61,633 nucleotides of DNA from Candidatus Omnitrophota bacterium (lineage in GTDB: Bacteria > Omnitrophota > Gorgyraeia > Duberdicusellales > Duberdicusellaceae), in the NCBI GenBank assembly GCA_021163425.1, contig JAGGWS010000067.1:1-61633 (forward strand), written 5' to 3'. Positions 56,411-61,633 of this stretch are shown here, in pieces. The first letter of the stretch is position 1. Each line of letters starts with the position of its first letter. The notes beneath the pieces were generated by a model. The model saw only the letters and a program-made list of their open reading frames with translations. It was not told the origin of the DNA and did not search any database. The translations under genes and the position numbers were made by a program.

Positions 56411-57103
56411 CTATCTCTGAAGAATAAAAGAAAGGGTTCTATTTTGAGTCCTGTCTCTGCGAAAAGAATAAAAATTCTCTAAACAGTAGCTGCAGAATCG
56501 AGTATCTAAAACATTCTTTTCTTTAAAACCTCGCTTAATAAATTCATTCTTTACAAAACTACCCAAGTCTAAAAAGTATTTCTCCTTTCTTTTAAGAATA
56601 AAATTCTTAAAAAAATTAAAACCTATAAAATCTCTCTTAACTTCAAAACAGCATTTTCTCAGTCCTGGACCTATCAAGAGGTAAGAATTCTCTAATTCTA
56701 TCTTAAACTTCCCAATTTTATTAAAAAAATTCTCTAAGATACCCTTATAAGCAGGCTTCCATCCTAAATGAAATAAGCCTACTAAGTTATCTTTATAAGA
56801 ATAAAAGAATAGAGGTAAACAATCAGCAGTTCTTATTAAAAGAACTCTTAACTTTTCTAAAGTAAAGAGGCCGTCTCCGGAATAAATATCTCCTGAATCC
56901 CTCGCCCGGAAAATTTTTGAACTATGAATCTGCTTAAGGCAGGATAAAGCCTTAAAATCAAAGCCCAAAATATCAGCTACCTTTTTTACTTCCTTGCTTA
57001 CATTAACTCCTAAAAAACTCTTATCAGTAAAACCCAATAAAACATTCTCCTCTTCAAAAAAATATACTCCTTTCTTATAACTAAGCCTCATCTTTAACTT
57101 CAA
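56411..57103 (-). CDS. pgeF: YfiH/PgeF family (laccase-domain, DUF152) protein
   Basis: LKQIHSSKI, TADCLPLFF, HLGWK, C-terminal CSYC...FYSFRRD. Confidence 0.8.
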   Translation of the reverse strand: MKLKMRLSYKKGVYFFEEENVLLGFTDKSFLGVNVSKEVKKVADILGFDFKALSCLKQIHSSKIFRARDSGDIYSGDGLFTLEKLRVLLIRTADCLPLFFYSYKDNLVGLFHLGWKPAYKGILENFFNKIGKFKIELENSYLLIGPGLRKCCFEVKRDFIGFNFFKNFILKRKEKYFLDLGSFVKNEFIKRGFKEKNVLDTRFCSYCLENFYSFRRDRTQNRTLSFILQR

Positions 57104-57311
57104 TAAGTTTAAGAGGAGAAGTTGCCCCTTTAATTATTCTTAGAGAAGATTTCTTAACGTTAAAATAATCACAGAGAACTTCTAAAAGTCTTTTATTAGC
57201 TTTTCCTTTTTGAGGAGGAAAGGTCAGGTATATCTTTAGAAAATCTTCGGTCTCTATTATCTTTTCCTTAGAAGCAGAAGTAACAACTTTTACTTTTATT
57301 ACTTTTCCCAC
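57081..57311 (-). CDS. DUF167 (YggU) family protein
   Basis: 76 aa. PQKGKANKRLLEVL...IKGATSPLKLIEV is typical of YggU. Confidence 0.75.
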   Translation of the reverse strand: MGKVIKVKVVTSASKEKIIETEDFLKIYLTFPPQKGKANKRLLEVLCDYFNVKKSSLRIIKGATSPLKLIEVKDEA

Positions 57312-58213
57312 TTTTTCTCGTAGGCTATCTTGGAAGAAATATTCTGAAGTTTCTGAGAAATCTCATTATATTTAGCTAAAGCATTATGAAGATGAGACCC
57401 CAAGATAGAAAAACTCTTTCTTAAATCCTCTATGTCTAATTCTAACTCTTTTATATGCTCTAAAATCTTTTTAGCTTCCTTCTCAATTTTTAAACCCTTA
57501 AAACCTAAAACAGCTGTAGTTAAGTAAGCATAGAGAGTAGAAGGGCTCACCACAAAAACTCTTTTAGATTTAGCATATTCCAAAGTTTGAGGGTCATTTA
57601 CAATCTCATAATAGATGTTTTCTGAAGGCACATACATAAAAGAAAAATCAAAAGTGTTTTGTTGAGGCAAAATATATTTAGAAGCTTCGTCTATTCTTTC
57701 CCGGACTGCTGAGAAAAATTTTTTCTTTAGTCTTTCCTTCTCTTTTTCTTCAGAAGATAAGATATAATTCTCAAACGACTCTAAAGGAAATTTTGAATCT
57801 ATAGCTACTAAACCCTGAGGAAAGAACAAAACAGCGTCAGCTGTCCGGCCATCTTCAAAAGAATACTGGAATTTAAAGCTGGAAGGGGGCATTAACTCTT
57901 TTATTATATTCTCTAAGAATGCTTCTCCTATACCTCCCCGGGGAGAAGGGCTTCGGAATACCCTTTCAAAAGACCTGCTTATTTCTAATACTGCCCGGCT
58001 ACTTTCGTAAATACTGCCTAAATTCTTATACAGCTCTCCTAAACTCTTATTAATACTTTCCTGGAGAGTAAAAAGATTATTCTGAGAAGAAGAAATAGTT
58101 TCAGCAATCTCCTTCCTTAAAGAACCCAATTCTTTAGAGAAGAGGTATTTAAAGAAAAATAGGAAAAAGATAAACACCCCTATTATCAACAGGATAATAA
58201 TCAAATTCTCCAT
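57299..58213 (-). CDS. rmuC: DNA recombination protein RmuC
   Basis: N-terminal TM, coiled coil, C-terminal nuclease-like core (ADAVLFFPQGLVAIDSKFPLESF). Confidence 0.78.
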   Translation of the reverse strand: MENLIIILLIIGVFIFFLFFFKYLFSKELGSLRKEIAETISSSQNNLFTLQESINKSLGELYKNLGSIYESSRAVLEISRSFERVFRSPSPRGGIGEAFLENIIKELMPPSSFKFQYSFEDGRTADAVLFFPQGLVAIDSKFPLESFENYILSSEEKEKERLKKKFFSAVRERIDEASKYILPQQNTFDFSFMYVPSENIYYEIVNDPQTLEYAKSKRVFVVSPSTLYAYLTTAVLGFKGLKIEKEAKKILEHIKELELDIEDLRKSFSILGSHLHNALAKYNEISQKLQNISSKIAYEKKWEK

Positions 58214-58217
58214 AAGA

Positions 58218-58754
58218 TTAAAGATAAGGCTTAACAGCTTTTAAAATATCTTCTAAGTCAGCCAGAACCCCTTCTCCTTTCTCTCCTGAGGCTAAAACTC
58301 CTTTTTTAGGAGGGATTATTTTAAACCCAGATTCTTTGAGTATTTTAATATTTCTCTGAGTTAAAGGGTTCTTCCACATATTACTATTCATAGCCGGAGC
58401 TAAAATTTTAGGTAAAGAAGAAGGTAAAGCCAGGAAAGTAGAAGTCAAAAGGTTATCAGCTAAACCCCAGGCTAATTTAGCCAAAGTATTAGCTGAAGCA
58501 GGAACTATCAAAGAAACTTCAGCCCACTTAGCTAAAGAGATATGTTCTAAAGAATACTGGTAAGAAGAAAACATATCTACATAGACCTTGTCCTGAGTTA
58601 AACTTTCTAAAAGCTGAGGAGAAATAAGCCTGGTAGAATTAGGAGTCATTATCACTTTAATAAGATAGCCTTCTTTTTTTAAAACCCTTATTAAAGAACA
58701 GCTTTTATAAATACTGACGGAAGCAGTAACCCCTAAAATAATCTTCTTAGACAT
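58218..58754 (-). CDS. coaC: Phosphopantothenoylcysteine decarboxylase (stand-alone CoaC flavoprotein)
   Basis: ILGVTASVSIYKS, PAMNSNMW. 178 aa. Confidence 0.82.
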   Translation of the reverse strand: MSKKIILGVTASVSIYKSCSLIRVLKKEGYLIKVIMTPNSTRLISPQLLESLTQDKVYVDMFSSYQYSLEHISLAKWAEVSLIVPASANTLAKLAWGLADNLLTSTFLALPSSLPKILAPAMNSNMWKNPLTQRNIKILKESGFKIIPPKKGVLASGEKGEGVLADLEDILKAVKPYL

Positions 58755-59409
58755 TTTCCTCTCCTAATTTTTTTATTACTCTAAATAATTTCTGAGCTAA
58801 ATCCCTTCTCCCCTTTATTACTTCTACATTCTTTTCTCTATCGACTAAATAAGCTCTATAATTTGAATTTCTTATATCCTTTAAATCATTAGCTATAACT
58901 AAATCTGAATTGTTCTCCAGTAAGCTCCTGTAAGCTCTATCTATTAACTTATTCTTTGTTTTCCCTGCTTCTAATTTAAACTGGATAAGATATATATCCG
59001 GTCTTAACTTTCTTATCTCCTTTATTATCTTAGGAGCAGGTTTAAGTTCTATTAAGAGCTTATCTTGAGAAGAAGAAATCTTCCCCTTATAGACCTTAAG
59101 AGGCTTATAATCAGAGACTGCTGCTGAATGAATGACTACCTTATAGCTTCTATCTTTCAATTCCTTTTTAATTAATCTCCTTAACTCTTCAAAATACTTA
59201 AACCTTATAAGATTTAACCCCTTAGCTTCAGGCATAAACCTTGCTGGGCCTAAAAGCAAAGTGACAGGAAAACCTTTCTCTTTTAAAAACTTAGCAATTA
59301 AAAACCCTGTTCTTCCACTAAACAAGTTAGTAAGAATTCTTACTCTGTCAATCCTCATCCAGGTCGGTCCAGCAGTAACTAAAACCCTTATTTTTTTAGG
59401 TCTAGCCAT
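58747..59409 (-). CDS. coaB: Phosphopantothenate-cysteine ligase (stand-alone CoaB)
   Basis: VLVTAGPTWMRIDRVRILTNLFSGRTG, AAVSDY. 220 aa. Confidence 0.8.
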   Translation of the reverse strand: MARPKKIRVLVTAGPTWMRIDRVRILTNLFSGRTGFLIAKFLKEKGFPVTLLLGPARFMPEAKGLNLIRFKYFEELRRLIKKELKDRSYKVVIHSAAVSDYKPLKVYKGKISSSQDKLLIELKPAPKIIKEIRKLRPDIYLIQFKLEAGKTKNKLIDRAYRSLLENNSDLVIANDLKDIRNSNYRAYLVDREKNVEVIKGRRDLAQKLFRVIKKLGEENV

Positions 59410-60503
59410 CTTTTTAAAAAAAAGAAACTCTTTTCTTTTCTGCGGATACTCTCTTTAAATTCTAAAATTCTTTCCCGAGGAATTAAATACTCTCTATCAG
59501 TTAAGGCTTCTATCTGAAAACCATGCCTTAACGACAATCGGAAAATCTCCTCAGCCTTCTCTAAGGAAAAATCTTTACCTAAAGAATAGTTCTCAAATCT
59601 ATCTTCTAAAAATAGAGTTAGAGGCTCAGCCATACAGGGGAAGCACAAACCTTCAGGAAGACCAAAATTAAAGTTGAACTGAGGCTTGCCTGGAGGCCTC
59701 ATAGCTACACCGTCTATTACCAAAACATCTTTTCTTAATGAAACTATCCTGCGAGGATAGGAGGCATCAAGAATTATTGTGCCTTTTCTCAAATATTCTA
59801 AATTAAACCCAGAAGGAATCCTGTTGGTAGTTATCGCTATAAAATTGACCCATTTAAGGATATACTTAAATCTACTGCCAATAGATTCTACCTTCTTCTT
59901 CACTCTTAAAGGGAGTAACCCTTTCATTTCTTCTAGTTTCTCTTTGTTCCGAGAATAGATATAAATTTTCTTTGCAGAATTCCCTAATTTTGAAATTAAG
60001 AAAAAAGAAAGGGGATTTAAACCAAAAATAAGAAAAACCATTTCTTCTAAATTATAGTGGGCTTCTCTTAAAGCTCTTAATACAGCTTCCGGCAGAGTAG
60101 CAATAGTTAAATGATGCCCGGTAGTTATTGGAATATTCAAATACTCTTTAAGCCTTGAACCTCTTTCTCCTATTAAAGCTGTATAAGCAACTAAACCTAA
60201 CAAATTTATACCTCTGTTTTCAGCAAATTTAGCTGCCCTTTTAACTTTAAAAAATATCTTGCGGGGATTTAAAGAAACCATCTGTTCTGTGAGTAAAGGA
60301 CACATTATTAATTCTCCTTTAACTTCTTTTCCGTTATGTTGAGATTTTATCCCTTCTATATCTGAAGCTTTAAAAGGACTCATCCATTCCAAAACCTTCT
60401 TTACTATACTTATGGATTTAGCTCTCATACCTGGTTCATATAAATAGAGAAGCTCCCGGTTTACAGGATGGATAAGAATTGCCAATTTCTTATTATCCAT
60501 CAC
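59388..60503 (-). CDS. Divergent AAR-like protein lacking the dinucleotide-binding glycine motif
   Basis: Collinear with 825-1823 and AAR (ILIHPV, LVAYTALIG, TTGHHLT, CFPCMAEPLTLFLE, YSLGKDFSLEKAEEIFRLSLRHGF). IIGAGGSIGS is replaced by IFGLNPLSFF. Confidence 0.65.
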   Translation of the reverse strand: MMDNKKLAILIHPVNRELLYLYEPGMRAKSISIVKKVLEWMSPFKASDIEGIKSQHNGKEVKGELIMCPLLTEQMVSLNPRKIFFKVKRAAKFAENRGINLLGLVAYTALIGERGSRLKEYLNIPITTGHHLTIATLPEAVLRALREAHYNLEEMVFLIFGLNPLSFFLISKLGNSAKKIYIYSRNKEKLEEMKGLLPLRVKKKVESIGSRFKYILKWVNFIAITTNRIPSGFNLEYLRKGTIILDASYPRRIVSLRKDVLVIDGVAMRPPGKPQFNFNFGLPEGLCFPCMAEPLTLFLEDRFENYSLGKDFSLEKAEEIFRLSLRHGFQIEALTDREYLIPRERILEFKESIRRKEKSFFFLKRWLDLKK

Positions 60504-60939
60504 TCTCTAAAGCTTGCTTTACAGCCTGGAGAAAACTCTTCCACATTACTCTGGTCTTCTTCTCTAAAACTCTTTTTACATAAGGTTCAAGAATGGGTAT
60601 GCCCCAGTCATAATTTACTTTGAGTTCTAATCTTAACTTATTTCTCCTGGTAGGAGTTATTCTCCAGTAACCAAAAAAATCTCCAAAATCTCCACTGCGC
60701 ATCTTAAAATTTATAAGCCCCTTCTCCCTATCTAAAACATCCTCTTCATACCAGGAAAGAGTAGCTCCTTCTATATCCACTTCCCAGCGGGTGTAAAGCT
60801 TATCTTTCTCTTTCCTAATCACCTTAAGAGTTTTTATTTTATCTGCCTTCCTCAACAAAGAAGCAGGATTATCCCAAACAGAAGATAAATCTCCAACTTC
60901 AGGCTGGTTGATATAGATTTTTAAAAATAAGGAATACAT
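60493..60939 (-). CDS. SRPBCC (START/polyketide-cyclase-like) ligand-binding protein
   Basis: 148 aa. Size and pattern (W..W.V...G..L.W.E...D) resemble polyketide_cyc2/SRPBCC. Overlaps the downstream AAR-like gene by 11 nt. Confidence 0.55.
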   Translation of the reverse strand: MYSLFLKIYINQPEVGDLSSVWDNPASLLRKADKIKTLKVIRKEKDKLYTRWEVDIEGATLSWYEEDVLDREKGLINFKMRSGDFGDFFGYWRITPTRRNKLRLELKVNYDWGIPILEPYVKRVLEKKTRVMWKSFLQAVKQALESDG

Positions 60940-60947
60940 TTTATTTT

Positions 60948-60976
60948 ATTATATTACAAATAAAAGAAGGTGTCAA
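60948..60976 (-). promoter_or_regulatory. Consensus sigma70-type promoter, leaderless geometry, of the SRPBCC-AAR-like-coaBC-rmuC-cobB operon
   Basis: Minus strand TTGACA(60976-60971)-N17-TATAAT(60953-60948)-N8-ATG(60939). No SD. The ACACCGGTGT palindrome abuts the -35 element. Confidence 0.65.
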
Positions 60977-60992
60977 AACACCGGTGTAACCC

Positions 60993-61213
60993 TCGTTTTT
61001 ACGTTCACACGTTCTCACGTTTATACGTTTACACGTTTATACGTTCATACGTTTATACGTTTATACGTTTATACGCTCATACGTTTACACGTTTTAACGC
61101 AACACATTATTTTGAAAAGATTTTGTCAAGTTACGCTAACTTGACATTTTACTTCCAAAGTATTTTGTCAAGTTACGCTTATTCCTGGTTCCTGGTTACT
61201 GGTTACTGGTTAA
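60993..61213 (+). repeat. Mosaic repeat locus G: about 13 octamers + two palindrome units + four heptamers
   Basis: ACGT (two units ACGC) at 61001+8k for k=0..12. AACGCAACACATTATTTTGAAAAGATTTTGTCAAGTTAC (61096-61134). TAACTTGACATTTTACTTCCAAAGTATTTTGTCAAGTTAC (61137-61176). TGGTTCC TGGTTAC TGGTTAC TGGTTAA (61186-61213). Confidence 0.92.
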
Positions 61214-61633
61214 GAATATAGCAATTAAACTTACCCCAATTATTAGAAGGATATAGGGAAAAGAGAAAGTTGCCTTAAGAGGAGTTACTTTTTTAAAATA
61301 AGGGCTTTTATAGAGATAAGTTATATCATTTTCAAATATTTTTTCCCATTTAAATCTCTGAACATACTTCTCCAAAATTAGGTCTTTTTTCTCAGGGAAC
61401 AAAGATTTAACCCAGATAATTATCCTGGAAGCTGAGTAAGGAGCAAAATTAAAAAAGGGGTTTACTTCTCCAAATATAGAAGTAGAAATTGCCCTGTTGA
61501 CAATACTTCCTAAAAGAACAGCTACTATTTTATTATTAGAGGCAATTATATCCTGAGAATCACTATTCTCTAAAATAATCTTCTTAAGAGGAAAGAAAAA
61601 CTTAGGATAAGTAAATTCTCTAAACTCTAAAAA
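61196..61633 (-). CDS. Hypothetical protein with C-terminal TM anchor (3' part only; CDS enters from beyond the window end)
   Basis: Manual translation shows the frame of ORF 61196-61402 stays open upstream to base 61633 (FLEFREFTYPKFFFPLKKIILENSDSQDIIASNNKIVAVLLGSIVNRAI...). The last codons (LTSNQ*) are encoded by the TGGTTAC heptamer repeat. Confidence 0.5.
   Translation of the reverse strand, partial: FLEFREFTYPKFFFPLKKIILENSDSQDIIASNNKIVAVLLGSIVNRAISTSIFGEVNPFFNFAPYSASRIIIWVKSLFPEKKDLILEKYVQRFKWEKIFENDITYLYKSPYFKKVTPLKATFSFPYILLIIGVSLIAIFLTSNQ

Noticed and set aside
55618-58213. Sirtuin (SIR2), RmuC and, at 2337-2870, a macro domain as parts of an anti-phage defence system
   Set aside because: The sirtuin has the full CobB-type NAD and Zn-ribbon motifs. 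It is the last gene of a housekeeping operon (coaBC, yggU, pgeF) with no effector or sensor partner. The macro-domain gene is isolated. No other defence hallmarks are present.
60970-61221. 83-aa plus-strand ORF spanning octamers, palindromes and heptamers
   Set aside because: It is a repeat-derived ORF with a GTG start inside the -35 region of the opposite-strand promoter, and it has no independent coding signal.

Overview
AT-rich, gene-dense 61.6-kb chromosomal segment from an unidentified low-GC bacterium. It looks diderm (outer-membrane barrel candidate, lipoproteins) and anaerobic (Rnf complex); the lineage cannot be assigned without a database search. I call about 64 CDS, all but three on the minus strand, plus tRNA-Thr(CGU), an initiator tRNA-Met and one gene remnant (uppP 5' fragment). 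Housekeeping blocks: Opp/Dpp-type peptide ABC importer; secG-tpiA-pgk-gap; two tandem GalT-like genes; rnfCDGEAB; hemW; apgM; a long purB-purM-purD-purE-tsaC/PTP-rpiB-glyA-dCMP deaminase-nrdR operon; eno-ftsB; and a coaB/coaC-rmuC-yggU-pgeF-cobB operon. One accessory block (28.9-43.8 kb) is a glycan-utilisation locus with ROK and LacI regulators, a large outer-membrane barrel candidate, TPR proteins, two clan GH-A-like hydrolases, a tandem CBM-like protein, a GPH symporter and a sugar ABC importer. The most unusual signal is non-coding: a three-module mosaic repeat family at seven intergenic sites. Its modules are perfectly phased 8-bp ACGT-core arrays of 7-19 units, a 41-bp nested palindrome carrying TTGACA in both arms, and TGGTTAY heptamers. 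I cannot match it to any repeat class I know. Second, several first genes sit 6-10 nt downstream of near-consensus sigma70-type promoters with no Shine-Dalgarno, predicting leaderless mRNAs, while internal genes have strong AGGAGG sites. Protein-level oddities: a GalT-like paralogue with the nucleophilic His replaced by Arg; a PurE with the conserved His replaced by Ala; two acyl-ACP-reductase-like paralogues, one lacking the dinucleotide-binding glycine motif and coupled to an SRPBCC protein; and a TsaC-LMW phosphatase fusion. All functional calls rest on motifs read from the supplied translations and on recalled family knowledge. No searches were run.
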